Below, piece by piece: positions 22,650-48,802 of a stretch of DNA of 64,000 bases. This DNA comes from the human T2T-CHM13v2.0 reference genome, Homo sapiens. Under the pieces are notes generated by a model. That model was not told the origin of the DNA. It was given only the letters and a program-made list of their open reading frames with translations, and searched no databases. The stretch lies in NCBI RefSeq assembly GCF_009914755.1, contig NC_060927.1; one strand, 5' to 3'. Each line of letters starts with the position of its first letter. Position 1 is the first letter of the stretch. A program made the translations under genes and the position numbers.

Positions 22650-23162
22650 TGGATTATGGTTTTTCTTAAAGCCTTCAATGGATCATCATTTCCTGTGAGA
22701 TATAATCCAGGCTCCTTAGTGTGAGGCATATAAAGGTTTTGATGGAACAATCTTTGCCGAATGTTCTTATCTCCTCTGTCACAGTGAATCCTCAAACACT
22801 ATTACCTTGTAAGATTGGATTGCTTGCAAATGCCTCATGTCATGATGTTTTAAGTTCCTGCCCCTTGTATTTGTTTTTTTTTTAACACATCTAATTTTCC
22901 CCCAATATGCAAAAGGCCTACACAACCTGTTTTGTTCAACTATCCTTTACCCTTCAGACACAATATCTCACGTATTCCTTTGTGTATCCAGATAATTATT
23001 TTGCACTTACCATGGTCTATTTGTTTAACCCATTTGTGTCTGTGTTTATTTCCTCTACTTTATGAGGCAAAGGCTGATACATTATTCGCTTTTTAATTCT
23101 CATGCCCTTACAGTGTGATTCATAAAAGGTAGTTATAAACATTTATTGAAAGATTGATGAAG
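22650..23162 (+). mobile_element. L2 3' fragment
   Basis: aaagccttcaatgg..ctccttagtgtg; terminal taaacatttattgaaagattgatgaa. Confidence 0.6.
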
Positions 23163-23263
23163 TATATGAGCAGATATCTGTTAATACAATTATGATTCAC
23201 TCATTCTCCTCTTTGGTGAACCAATGTACCACTTCATGTCATTGTGACTAACCCTGTTTTTAG

Positions 23264-23395
23264 ATTCTCCAAATGAACCTCTGGCAGGTATTCCCTTCAG
23301 TAACTCCTTAGATTGCAGTCATCCTGATGATGTCAGATTATGACCACATAATTCCTGAATAAGTGGAATTTCACTGCTGTTTATATAATTAAATG
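23264..23395 (+). pseudogene. Candidate decayed exon (132 nt, phase 1-1)
   Basis: CTAAC..cctgtttttag acceptor; G|GTGAAT donor; frame DSPNEPLAGIPFSNSLDCSHPDDVRL* with later stops. Confidence 0.3.
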
Positions 23396-24179
23396 GTGAA
23401 TTGCATATTCTGGTTTATAAGTGTTATTTGAGTCTGCTACACTGCTTATTGAATACAGAAGAACAGAGTGGTCTCTTAAGAGAATTAGCTTCCACATTGA
23501 AATAAGCATAATTAAGATTTAATGTATTACAGACATTGATTCAATCTTTATTTCTTATTGGAATTTAATAGAATTACATAAATCCTCTCCATACATTGAA
23601 AAATATAAGCATATTAATTTAAAATTCACAGTATTAGTAGTTTTTCTTTTAATAGGAGATAAAATGACAGAAAATGTAGGAGAAAAAGAATTTGTTAGAG
23701 GCTCTGAGGTTATTCTAATCTGAGTTGGTTTTGTTTCTTCTTGTTATTACTAGAAAAATAACTTAAGGACAAAGTGGCATTCACTTTACTGGTTTAAGTA
23801 ATATGTGACCTACCTCGATGCCAATTAGTGGTAAATGGAAACTGAGACAGTTGGAGTCACATCTAAGAATTCACTAACCTTTGTAAATTACTTTTGTCTT
23901 CAGACATGAGCCAAACAGGAGCAGAAAAAATCAATACAAAATCCCATTTTAATTTGAGTTCCAATCACAGAATTACCTCCAATAAGCTGTTAGTACCTTC
24001 AAAAATTAGATGCTTTAAAGTTTCTATTTTTCAGATACAAATGGACTTATTTCATTTAGTTGTAAATAATCTGCATAATTTTAAAAATTGTTAGAGCAGG
24101 AAAATCCTTGCTATAAACTATAAAACTCTTGTTATAAACTAAAACTGCTAAACTTTTTGTTGATTAAAGGTATAGGTGG

Positions 24180-27100
24180 GCTGAAAGAAAAAATGTTAAA
24201 GGCAGCTAGAGAGAAAGGACTGGTCACCTACAAAGTGAAGCCCATCAGACTAACAGTGAACCTCTCAACGGAAACCCTACAAGCCAGAAGAGATGTGGGG
24301 GCATGTATTAAATATTTTTAAAGAAAAGGATCTTTGGAAAATAGAAATTGGATTATGGTTTTTCTTAAAGCATTCAATGGATCATCATTTCCTGTGAGAT
24401 ATAATCCAGGCTCCTTAGTGTGAGGCATATAAAGGTTTGATGGAACAATCTTTGCCTAATGTTCTTATCAACCCAAAATTTCATATCTGGCCAAACTAAG
24501 CTTTATAAATGGAGGAGAAATTAGATTCATTTTACACAAGCAAATGCTGAAGGAATTCATTTCCACCAGACCTGTCTCATAAGAGCTCCTGAAAGAAGCA
24601 CTAAACTTGGAAAGGAAAGACTGTTACCAGCCATTAAAAAAACATACTTAAGTATACAGACCAGTGACGCTATAAAGAAACCACGCAAGCAAGTCTGCAT
24701 AGTAACCAACTAACAACAAGATAACAGGATCAAATCCACACATATCAACACTAACCAAATGTAGATGAGCTAAATGCCCCAGTTAAAAGGCACAGGGTGG
24801 CAAGCTGGATAAAGAAGAAAGGCCCACACACGCTGGATAAAGAAGACTCAATGGTACGCCACCTTTAAGAGACCCATTTCACATGCAATGATACCCATAG
24901 GCTCAAAATAAAGGGATGGAGAAAAACCTGCGAAGCAAATGGTAGAAAGCAGGGATTGCGATCCTAATTTCAGACAAAACAGACTTTAAACCCACAAAGA
25001 TACAAAAAGACAAAGAAGGGCATTACATATGGTAACGGGTTCAGTTAAACCTGAAGACCTAACTATTCTAAATATGTATGCTCTCAACACAGGAGCATCC
25101 AAATTCATAAAACAAGTTCTTAGAGACCTTCAATGAGACTTAGACTCCCACACAATAATAGTGGGAGACTTCAACAACACACTGACAGTATTAGACAGAT
25201 CATCAAGGCAGAAAATTAACAGATATACAGGACCTGAACTCAGCACTGGATCAAACTGACCTGATAGACAGAAATACATACACTCACCACCCCAAAACAA
25301 CAGAACATACATTCTTCTCATAGCCACATGTCATATACTCTAAAATAGACCACATAATTGGACATAAAATAATCTTTAGCAAACGCAAAGTCATACAAAC
25401 CACACTCTTGGACCACATTGCAATAAAAATAGAAGTCAAGACTGAAAAAATCACTCAAATCCATGCAATTACAGCAAAATTAAACAGGTTGTTTACTCCT
25501 GTAGGTTTACTGACTTTTGAGTAAATAAAGACATCAAGGCAGAAATCAAGAAGTTCTTTGAAACTGATGAGAACAAAGATACAACATACCAGAATCTCAG
25601 GGACACAGATAAGTCAATGTTAGCAGGACAATTTATAGCACTAACACCCACATCAAAAAGTTAGAATGATCTGAAATTAACTACCTAACATCACAACTAA
25701 AATAACTATAGAACCAAGAAGATAACCTCAAAGATAGCAGAAGACAAAAAATAACCAGAGTTGAACTGGGGGAAATTGAGACATTAAAAATCATTCAAAA
25801 GATCAATGAATTCAGAAGTTGGTTTATCGAAAAAATTAATAAAATATATAGGCCACTAGCTAGACTAATAAAGAAGAAAAGAGAGGAGATCCAAAAAAAC
25901 ACAATGAGAAATGACAAAAGAGATATTACCACTGACCCCACAGAAATACAAATAACCATCAGAAACTACTACGAACACCTCTATACACAAAATTAGAAAA
26001 CCTAGAAGATATGGATAAATTCTTGCACACATATACCCTCCCAAGTCTGAAGCAGGAAAAAATTTAATTTCTGAACAGACCAATAATGGGCTCTGAAATT
26101 GAATCGGTAATAAACAGCCTACCAACCAAAAGAAGCCCAGTATCATATGAATTTACAGGTAAATTCTACAAGATGTACAAAGAAAAGCTAGTTCCATTCT
26201 TAATGAAACTACTCCAAAAAATTAATAAGGAGGTACCCATCCCTAACTCATTCTATGAAGCCAGCATCATCCTGATAATAAAAGCTGGCAGAGACACAAT
26301 AAAAAAGAGAAAACTTCAGGCCAATATCCTTGATGAACATCAGTGCAAAATTCCTTAACAAGATACTGGCAAACCAAATCCAGTGGCATGTCAAAGAGCT
26401 AATCCACCATGATCAATAGGGTTTATACCTAGGATGCAAGGTTGTTTCAACAAATGCAAATCAATAAATGGGATTAATCACAAAAACAGAACTAAAGACC
26501 AAAACCACATGATGATCTCAATAGATGCATGAAAAGCTTTCTATAAAATTCAACACCTCTTCATGTTAAAAACTCTCAATACAACAGATATTGAAGGAAC
26601 ATACCTCAAAACAGTGAGTCGTCTATGGCAAACACACAGCCAGCATCATAATAAATGGGCAAAAGCTGGAAGCATTCCCCTTGAAAACTGGCACAAGACA
26701 AGGATGCCCTCTATGACCACTCCTATTCAACATAGTATTGGGAGTCCTGGCCCGAACAATCAAGCCAGAGAAAGAAATAAAGGGCATCCAAATAGGAAGA
26801 CAGGAGGTCAAACTATACCTGTTTGTGGAAGACATGATTCCATATCCTGACAACACTATAGTCTCAGCCCCAAAGCTCCTTCAGCTAATAACTTCAGTAA
26901 AATTTCAGGATACAAAATGAATGTACAAAAAGTCACCAATGTTCCTATGCACCAACAACAGCCAACCTGAGAGCCAAATCAGGAACACAATCCCATTCAT
27001 AATTGCCAAAAAAGAAAAAAATTCTTTGGAATACAGCTAACCAGGGAGGTGAAAGATGTCTACAATAAGAATTACAAAACACTGCTCAAAGAAATCATAG

Positions 27101-28452
27101 ATGACACAAAGAAATGGGAAAACATTTCATGCTTATGGATAGGAAGAATCAATGTCATTAAATGGCCATACTGTCCAAGGATATTTATATATTCAATGCT
27201 ATACCAATGACATTCTTTACAAAACTAGAAAAAACTATTTCAAAAGTCATAGGGAACCAAAAATGACCTTGAATAGCCAAGGAAATTGTAAGAAAAAAAA
27301 ACACAGCTGGAGGCATCACATTACTTGATTTCCAACTATACTACAGGGCTACAGTCACTTAAACAGCAAGGTACAAAACCATACACATAGACCAATGGAA
27401 CAGAATAGAGAGCCCAGCAACAAGGTCACACACCTACAACCATCTGACCTTTGACAAAGTCGAGAAAAACAGGCAATGGGGAAAGGACTTCCTACTCAAT
27501 AAATGGTGGTGGGATAACTGGCTAGCCATATGCAGAAGATTGAAACTGGATCCCTTCATTACACCATATACAAAAATCAACTCAAGATGGATTAAAAACT
27601 TAAATGTAAAACCTAAAGCTGTAAAAACTCTGGAAGACAACTTGGGCAATACCATACTGAACATAGGAACTTGCAAAGATTTCATGACAAATATTCCAAA
27701 AGCGATTGCAACAAAAACAAAAATCGACAAATTGGATCTAATTAAACTAAAGAGCTTCTGTACAGCAAGTGAAACTATCAACAGAGTAAACAGATACCCT
27801 ACAGAATGGGAGAAAATATTTGCAAATTATGCATCTGACAAAGGTCTAATATCCAGCATCTATAAGGAAACAAATTCACAAGAAAAAAACATTAAAAAGT
27901 GGACAAAGGACATGAACACTTTTCAAAAGAAGACATACATGGATCCAACAAGTATAAGAAAAAAAACTAATATTTCTGATCATTAGATAAATGCAAATCA
28001 AAACCACAATAAGATACCATCTCACAGCAGTCAGAATGGCTATTATTAAAAAGTCAAAAAATAACAGATGCTGGTGAAGTTGCAGCAGAAAAGGAACACT
28101 TATATACTGTTGGTGGGAGTGTAAATTAGTTTCACCTTTGTGGAAACCAGTGTAGGGATTCCTCATAGAGGTAAAAACAGAACTGCCATTTGCCCCAGCA
28201 ATCCCATTACCTCACAAATAAAACAGAATGCATTTTTTTCCAGTGTGTATGGAACAATACGCAGCATCCCTTCTTGAGGGTGGAGGGTGGAAGATGGGAG
28301 GAGGGAGAAGATCAGAAAAAATAACTAATGGGTACTAGGCTTAGTATCTGGTTGACGAAATAATCTGTATAACAAACTCCCGTGACAAGAGTTTACCTAT
28401 GTTACAAACCTGCACACATGTCCCTAACCTAAAATAAAAGTTTAAAAAAAAA
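24180..28452 (+). mobile_element. 5'-truncated LINE-1 (older L1PA, ~PA13-16)
   Basis: ORF1 C-terminus, disrupted ORF2 ([18 protein letters not shown]), 3' end aacctaaaataaaagttt plus A tail. Confidence 0.9.
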
Positions 28453-28459
28453 TCAAGGA

Positions 28460-31400
28460 AAGCAAACCTAACTAGACACTCTCTACAAAAACATGCTTTA
28501 AATATAAGTGGTTTAGGTTGTTTGAAAGGAAAAGGATGGAGAAAGATATCCTACAGAAACGAATGAAAAGAAACCTGTAATAGCTATATTAATTTTAGAC
28601 AAAGTAGACAGTGAAATAAGAAACATTATCAGGGAAAGGTACAGACATTACATAATGATAAAGGGGCCAATTGTTTAAGAGAATATAACAATACAAATGA
28701 ATATTTACCTAAAAACAAAGCTTCAGTGTGCATGCAAGAGTGAGTGATCGATCTGAAAAGGGAAATAGGCAAACCACAATTATGGTTGAGTATTTCGACA
28801 CACTTCTCTGAATAATTGATAAAACAAGTAGGCAGAAATTCAATACGGTTCTAGATGATCTGAAGAACATAATCAACCAACAAAATCTGTTTGACATATA
28901 CTGAACACTCCACCAGCAATAGCAGAAGATGCATTCTTTTCAACTGTGCATAGGACATTCACAATGATAGACTGCATAAATATATCTTAACAAATTTAAA
29001 AGGTTAGAAATCATGTAAAGTAGGTTTTTAGATGATAATAGAATTAAAGTACAAATTGATATAGAAAAATACCTGAGAAATCTCTAAATATTTGGAAATT
29101 AAGCAATACATTTTTAAATACCCCATTCATCAAAGAAAATATTCTAAAGAAATTAAACATATTTGTACTAAATTAAAATTGCAATGTAAAACATAAAAAT
29201 TTGTTGAACGCAGCCAAAGTGGGGCAGCTAAAGTGAAACGGATATTTATGACATTCAATGTTTCTATTAGAAAATAAGAAATATAAAAAAATTAGTAATC
29301 TAAGATTCAACCTTAAGTAACTAGAAACATAAAAGTAAATTAAACTTGACATAAGCAGATGGAAGAAAATTGTAAATATTACAGTAAAAATCAATAAAAT
29401 TAAAAAAGAGAAAACAATAGGTAATATCAATGAAACCAAAAGGCTAGTTCTTTGAAAAGATTAAGAAAACTGATAAAACTTTAACTAGTTTGACTGAGAA
29501 AAAAAAAAAACAGGCACAAATATATCAGGAATGAATAAGAAAATATCACTACTGTTTTCACAGATATTAAAAGAAAAATATGGAAATAATATAAACAACC
29601 TATTTTCATAAATTGTAAAGCTTATATGAAAATCGATCAATTCCTTGGAATTCACGAGCTATCAATATTCACACAAGAATAAATATGAATTATTCCATTC
29701 TTATTAGAGGAACTGAACATATAGTTTTAAATATTCCATACAAGAAAACACGAAGTTAAGATAGTTTCACTGGAAAATATTTAATGAAGAAATAATACTC
29801 ATTCTACACAATATTTCAAGACTATAGAAGAAGAAGGAGGAGGAAAAGGAAGATTTTAAAATAATTATGACTGATGTGCTATGAAAGATGGATGAAAGAT
29901 CAATAAAATAGATGAAGTGGTAGAAAATATTAACTGAGTTGGAATTCATAAAAAGGAACCAATGCATGTTCTAGAAGAGGAAAATACAAAATTTGAAGTT
30001 GATAACTCAGTAATTTTATAGCAATTTAGATATAACAGGAAGATTACTGAGGTCAAAGATAAATAAAATATCCCGATGACTTTCACAAGAGAATAAATGG
30101 TATCACGCTTAACCTGCAGCAATGATGATTTGCAGGCATTGGATAGAAACAAATGTATAACTGGAATTATTAAGAGAAGGGAGGTAAGCAAAGGGATCCC
30201 CAATTTTACCCTGGCTTTCTCCCTGGTGGCATTTTAAAAATGTAATACAGAAATACAGAGTCTAAGTGTACTGGTCTAAATGAGTTGAGAAAGTATAAAT
30301 CACAGTGTGGGGCTACCCAGGTAAGTGTGATTTAGGAGGCAAGATAGCTTAGAGGAGGATTACATGGAAAAACCTCTAAAATAGTTGCTGAGATTTCTCC
30401 CTGGATCTTTGGATGACTACTAAACTGCACGTGAGCTACGCAAAATTCTGAGAAGGCTTTGACATAACATCTGTGGAGAGACCAAAAAGCTAATCAAATA
30501 TCTGAAAGGCCATACTTAGCCAGAGTGGAGAGACCCAGGATCTCAATTAAGATACCTGGAATAGCTATCTTAATTGAGATAGCTAAAATAAGCTATGTTC
30601 TAAGGATGTTGCCCTAAAAATAAAGGATAAGACATAAAAGTAAAGGAAAGACTAAAAGAAACGTAGTCTAACAAACCTAAAATCAAGCTCTGACAAGATT
30701 AAAGTAAACGCTGATGATCTGACAGTTTTCTAGAACAAAATTTCACATATTTTAGAGATAGACCGCATAACTTAGATGTTCACTATGTCCAGAATTAACT
30801 GTAAAAACTGCCAGATATGTGAACTATACACTGAATGAAAGAATTCACAGCTGCCTGGAAACAACAGATGATAGAATTAGAAACTTGAAGACAGGTAAAT
30901 CACAGCTCCAAGGAAAAGTGAATAAAAGAGTGCAAGACATATGCATGACACTTCACAATATTCACATCTGTGTAATTGGGATCTCAGAAGGAAGAGAGAG
31001 AACAGCAGAGATATAGAACATAAGAATATTTGAAGAAATCATTGTAGAGTATTTAACAAATCTGATGAAATGTATTAACCTACACATTCAAGAACATGAG
31101 AAACCCCAAGCAGAATGAATGCAATAAAACCACATCTAAGTAGGGAAGGGTTGAAATACTACCTATTGGGTACTATGTTTACTATTTCGGTAATGGGTTC
31201 ACTAGAAGTCCAAACCTCAGTATTATGCAATATACCTGCGTAACAAATATCACCTGAATCTAAAATAAAACAATAAATGTAAAATAATAAAAATAAAGCC
31301 ACACTTAAGTACATCAGAATATTGTAAGTAAAATACAGTATTAACACATCAAGAAAAAAATGACTATTAAAAGTACCAAATGAAAAAAATGCCACCTAGG

Positions 31401-31520
31401 ATTCTATATCTAACAAAATACTATTCAAAATTCAAAGTAAAATAAAAATGTATTGTACACAAATAGACACCCACATGCAATTTATCACCAAACGATCTTC
31501 TCTAAAAGAAATATTATTCT
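28460..31520 (+). mobile_element. Old L1M (MD/ME-like) ORF2 and ORF1 fragments
   Basis: Highly decayed endonuclease motifs (gctatattaattttagacaaagtagac) and ORF1-like tgtgtaattgggatctcagaagg. Confidence 0.6.
31143..31291 (+). mobile_element. Short 5'-truncated L1PB 3' end
   Basis: ctacctattgggtactatg..cacctgaatctaaaataaaa; degenerate TSD aataaa(a/g)ccaca(tc/ct)taagta. Confidence 0.75.
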
Positions 31521-32828
31521 TAAAACTGAGACCTATAACTATAAAACTACTACAAGAAAACACTGGGGAAACTCTCCAGGACATTGATCTGTGCAAAGGA
31601 TTCTTGAGTAATACTCCACAAGCACAGGAGACTAAAGCAAAAATGGACAAATGAGGTCACATCAAGTTAAAAAGCTTCTGCACAGCAAAGGAAACAGTCA
31701 ACAAAGTGACGAGGCAACCCACAGAATGGAAGAAAGTATTTGCAAGCTACTTGTCTGACAAGGTATTTATAACTAGAATATATAAGGAGCTCAAACAACT
31801 CTATATGGAAAAAAAATCTAACAATTCAATTAAAAATGGCCAAATGATCTGAATAGACATTTCTCAAAAGAAGACGCACAAATGGCCGACCAGCATATGC
31901 CAAGGTGCTCAACATCATTGATCATCAGAGAAAAGAAAATCAAAACTACAATGAGATATCATCTCACTCCAGTTAAAATGACTTTTATCCAAAAGATGGG
32001 CAGTAAAAAATGCTGGAGAAGATGTAGAGAAAGGGGAACCCTTGTACATTGTTGTGGGAAAGGAAATTAGCACAGCCACTGTGGAGAACAGTATGAAAGT
32101 TCTTCAAAAAACTGCACATGGAACTTCCATGAGATCCAGCAATTCCACTGCTAGGTATAATCACAAAAGAAAATAAATCACTATATCAAAGAGATATCTT
32201 CACTCCCATGTTTACTGTAGTACTATTCACAACAGGCAAGATTCAGAGCCAACTTAAGTGTCCATCAACAGATGAATGAATAAAGCAAATCTGGTACCTA
32301 TATACAATGGAGTACTATTCAGCCATAAAAACAAATGAGATCCTGTCATTTGCAACAACATGGACGGAACTAGAGGACATTATGTTAAGTGAAATAAGCC
32401 AGGTACAGAGAGACTAACTGCACATATTCTCACTTGCTTGTGGGAGCAAAAAATTAAAACAATTGAACTCATGGAGAAAGAGAGTAGAATGATGGTTACC
32501 AGAAGCTGAGAAGGGTAGTGGAGAGGGTGGGAAGCAGGAATGGTTAATAGGTACAATGACATGGTTAGGTAGAATGGAAAAGATTTAGTATTTGACAGCA
32601 CAACAGGGTGAGTTTAGTCAACAATAACTTATTGTACATTTAAAAATAACGAAAAAAGTATAATTGGAATGTTCATACCACAAAGAAATGATAAATGCTT
32701 GAGGTGATGGCTACCCCATTTACCCTGATGTGATCATTACACATTATATACCTGTATCGAAATATCTCCTGTACTCCATAATTCTATATACATACTATAT
32801 ACACATAAAAATTAAAAATTAAAAAATA
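31520..32828 (+). mobile_element. 5'-truncated L1MA2/3-type 3' end
   Basis: Same 3' UTR class as 17,800-18,220. Confidence 0.85.
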
Positions 32829-32935
32829 CATAGGGAAAATTTTTTTTTCAAGTGCTCTAAATTTAAACTGACAGATACAAATTTTGAGGGGAATACAAAA
32901 ACACAATAAAAAATTAAATATTAAAGGAAGCTAGG

Positions 32936-33366
<431 letters not shown>

Positions 33367-33442
33367 CTACTTAGTGGAGGTTTATGTGGACTAACTGAAC
33401 CTGTTATGCATGGCACGTTCTAATATCAAGAACCTGAAATTA

Positions 33443-35990
<2,548 letters not shown>

Positions 35991-36601
35991 CATAGTAGTT
36001 AGACAGGAGGTGCCTAATTAACACACCACTGAATTAGGTGACTCTGGTGGCACCTCAAAGCAGGTCCCCTCCTCAAGTAGGTTGTCACTGCAGATGGACC
36101 TGAGGACATTTTTATAAGATCGTTTCGGGCTATCAGCAAGACTCCTTTCCTAGCACTTTTTTTCATCACAACTGCCACACTGTTGATGTAGATTTCATGT
36201 ACTCTGTTCTTGTACAATGTACATGTAATATTTTGATACTTTTTCATTAATATGTATTCCAATTCAGGGACCACTTACTTGTCAGCTGCTTTTATGCACT
36301 AGTAACGTTATAGTTTTTTTATTTGATTTATTTCAGTTCTGATCAAATTTATTTCCAGTTATGGGTTAGCTGCCTTCTAGTTGTAAGTCTGTTTATATAG
36401 CTCTCTTGGTCTCAAGGTCAAATTTGGAAGTAAAAAGCTGCTGAAATCAAATTATTGAACTCTTAAGTTTATATTCACTACTGTTTTGTATCATGCTGTG
36501 CTGTTTAAATAAGAGTTATTATTGGATGTTGAGTGCTTTCATTGAAATTTTTCTATAAAAATTCTCTCTAGTAGAGATTCCTTTAAATAAGTGGTCAGTG
36601 C

Positions 36602-43090
<6,489 letters not shown>

Positions 43091-43977
43091 ATAAGTGGTG
43101 AGTGCTTGTCAATGCCTTTGGAAGGACAGAAAATAATATTCCATCTGAATACACTTGTAGCCTGCCTCCTTAAAAAGGGATATAATTTTGTCTTTGCCTA
43201 CACAAGGTTTTAGCAGATAGAATCAGAATTTATTCACGCACTATAGTTGATCTTCAGATAAAAGTCGGTTAACATGCATGTCAATTAATCTTCACGTTAT
43301 TTGAAGCACAATCAAAAACTGAATTTCATATAGGGGTCAGATCGGGAAATGAAATTAATTACAGGCCAGATAAAATATCAGATAAGAAGAAAAGATTAGT
43401 GGGGACTATGGAAAACTGTTGCATCTATGATCTCTTATTGGGATCAGCAGCTTACTATCTTCAGCAAATTGTGTCTGTCTAGAAATGCAGATCTGGTAGT
43501 ATAAGATCTTTATATTTTTATAGAAAGCTTTATTTGTGTGTGATATCCCCTTACTGTTTTTAAGAAATTGGCTCAATTTTTTAAAAATAACACATAAATA
43601 CATCTGCTCATTTGATACAACCCATGAGGCACCAGCTGTATACTTCTGGTTTAAAACAGTTAGCTTCACTGACTTTCCCTTTATATAATCAGACAAGCAA
43701 ATCTGGTACAATTGAAAATTCTTCCTGCTATGTTTGCATTTATAATTAATCAGAATTTTGCTTTCTGTAGTCAAAATATCTTGCAATAATTCTGAATGTT
43801 TTTTCTGTTGATCACAAATTTTTGTCATATTGAGGAACAAATGCAACTTCTCTAGACCCTTGTATTTTCAACCTAATCCTATTCACTTAATCAGTAGATA
43901 TTTACTGAATGAAAACCATGTGAAAGAACTGGTCTACATGAACAGGATACTTTACGAACAAAAGAGACAGGTCCTAC

Positions 43978-44256
43978 TTTTTTTTTTTTTTTTTTTTTTT
44001 TGAGATGGAGTCTCCCTGTGTCGCCCAGGCTGGAGTGCAGAGGTGTGATCTCCTGGGTTCAAGTGATTCTCCTGCCTCAGCCTCCTGAGTAGCTGGGATG
44101 ACATGTGCGCACCACACCCGGCTAATTTTTGTATTTTTAGTAGAGAGGGGGTTTCACCACATTGGTCAGGCTGGCCTCTAACTCCTGACCTCGTGATCTG
44201 CCCGCCTCGGCCTCCCAAAGCACTTGGATTACAGGCGTGAGCCACCGTGCCTGGCC
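43978..44256 (-). mobile_element. Alu (Sg-like) with internal deletions
   Basis: Poly(T) head; TSD aggtcctac on both sides. Confidence 0.93.
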
Positions 44257-44409
44257 AGGTCCTACCTTTAATAGTACTTATATGTGAACTGAATCATTAA
44301 GGTCCACTTTTAAAAGTACTTTTAAGTGCAAAACAATTAAAGTAGTTTCTTTCCCTCAAGGTATTTTTACAACATAAAAGGATTTAAAAACTCACTAATG
44401 TCACCCATA

Positions 44410-47071
<2,662 letters not shown>

Positions 47072-47708
47072 TATCAAAAAAAAAAAAGAGAAGAGTTTTT
47101 GATAAGGCCCTAAGTGGAAAACTGGAAAACACTTTGTGTCTTTCATTTTGCCCTATTTTGGTTAATTCATACCTGCATTCTAAAAGCCAAAATGTTCATT
47201 GCCTGCACCTTATATGTCCCCGTATTGTTGAAAAGTGCACAGATCTTCTCAAAATATTTTCATACATATTGCCTGAAGAGAATTTCTTTCACTGTAGTAA
47301 AATGATGCATCTCTGGAAGATTTAGGCATGTTATTTGCTGAAATGGATATTTGAAAAGTTAAAGGCAAACTATCTTTTCTTTCATATCTTCCCAATATAC
47401 AAGTTTTCAGTTAATCCCTGGTAGAGTTAGAGGGGCACAGTATCAGTGTGTGGGCGATTAATGGCCTTTATAATTTTCATTTATACAAATAAGACACTTA
47501 TTGTTCTACATGTTCATATGCATTCTGTTTATTCCTAATGGCCTTGTTGCTTCAAACTGAAGCTGTCAGGCTCAGGAATTCCATCTGTTTTAATAACACA
47601 CAACCATCTTCCCTATGAATGAGTGTGTCTTAGGATTCGTTTTCCTGCTAGCTATTCATTCTCAGTCAAAAACACTTGGCCTGAGATCTGATATTATTTT
47701 CAATACAG

Positions 47709-47881
47709 AGAAAAATAAATGTTGAGTCTCACTGCTTCTTCTATATTGGATATAGTGTTGATAGGCTTGTAGTTTAAGTGCCTTTGCAAGCTACAAAACT
47801 TGGAAAAGGTAGCTCAGAAGATACAGATCCACTATCTGATCTTAGGCAGCACCAAGTTATGAAAACATCATTGGATTGCAA
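47709..47881 (+). pseudogene. Candidate decayed coding exon (173 nt)
   Basis: ttattttcaatacag acceptor; A|GTAAGG donor; one frame has a single TAA (47,775-77) that is AAA in the inverted copy. Confidence 0.4.
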
Positions 47882-48316
47882 GTAAGGTATCTTGATGTTC
47901 TTTTCTTTGAATCTGCCAATTATGTTTTTGTGTATCCTTGCATGATTCTCATTTCTTAAATTCAGTATTATCTACGTAATTTACAGTCCCAGTAAGACTC
48001 CATGTTCAAAAACTTTCTGTTGGCAATAGCACAGAGGGTTGAATCAAGCACAGACTTTTCTAGGGCTCTGTGCAACTGCACACGTCACATGCACATGAAG
48101 CTGACCCTGCCACATATTGGCATGTTGCTCTTTTATTTTCCTTTAATAGATACAGGGTCTCCCTCTGTAGACTAGGCTGGAATGTAGTAGAGTTATCATA
48201 GCTCACTGCAGCCTTGAACTCCTGGGTTCAAGGAATCCTCCCACCTCAGCCTGCTGACTAGCTAGGACTATGAGCACATGCTACAACACCTGGCTAATTT
48301 AATTTTTTTTTTTTTT
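47716..48316. repeat. Left arm of a ~600-bp inverted duplication
   Basis: Reverse complement of 53,739-54,341; about 11 differences by eye. Confidence 0.97.
48062..48109 (-). mobile_element. MER91-like hAT fragment
   Basis: Minus strand cagggtcagcttcatgtgcatgtgacgtgtgcagttgcacagagccc resembles the MER91 terminus. Confidence 0.5.
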
Positions 48317-48435
48317 AGAGACTGGGGTTTTGTTATGTTGCCCAGGCTAGTCTTGAACTCCTGGCCTCAAGCAATCCTCCTTCCTAAGCCTCCTGAAGTG
48401 CTGGGATTACAGGTTTGAGCCACCACTCCTGGACC
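48131..48435 (-). mobile_element. AluJ
   Basis: J diagnostics (cagccttgaactcctggg, caagcaatcctcc); CpG-depleted. Confidence 0.92.
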
Positions 48436-48782
48436 ATGTATGGTTTTTATAAAATCAGCATGATCTATGTACCCAGACTAAGCTATAGAATTCTTTTTTT
48501 ATTCAAACACTCTCCACGAACGTAAACTATAGAATTCTTTTGAGGCTCAAATTGTATGTTGATATGTGTTTAAATTATGAGAAACAATAACTACCATAAA
48601 GAGTTGCCAAGGTTTACTGTTCAGTTTACTTGAGTGATCTAATAGTAACGTTTTGTCTCGTTTTTGTGTGTCAGATTACTTCCCATACTTTCTTCTCTAT
48701 CTCAGTTTCAAGAAAGTCAGTTTAAAAATAATCACCATACATTCTGTGAGCCAACTGCATTAGGAAGTGTCTAAGGATAGGG

Positions 48783-48802
48783 GTGTGTGTGTGTGTGTGT
48801 GT
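48783..48802. repeat. (GT)n microsatellite
   Basis: About 10 GT units. Confidence 0.9.

Noticed and set aside
36037-36054. GDSGG serine-protease-like motif
   Set aside because: No following PLVC/GIVSWG pattern in frame and no His/Asp motif exons found; likely chance.
43406-43846. 146-aa minus-strand ORF in unique DNA
   Set aside because: No recognisable domain, non-ATG start and AT-biased composition; unsupported as a CDS.
47745-47850. Resemblance of RLVVKVP..GKVC..DPLSDL to a VWD domain
   Set aside because: Lacks the CGLCGN core; similarity too weak to assign by eye.
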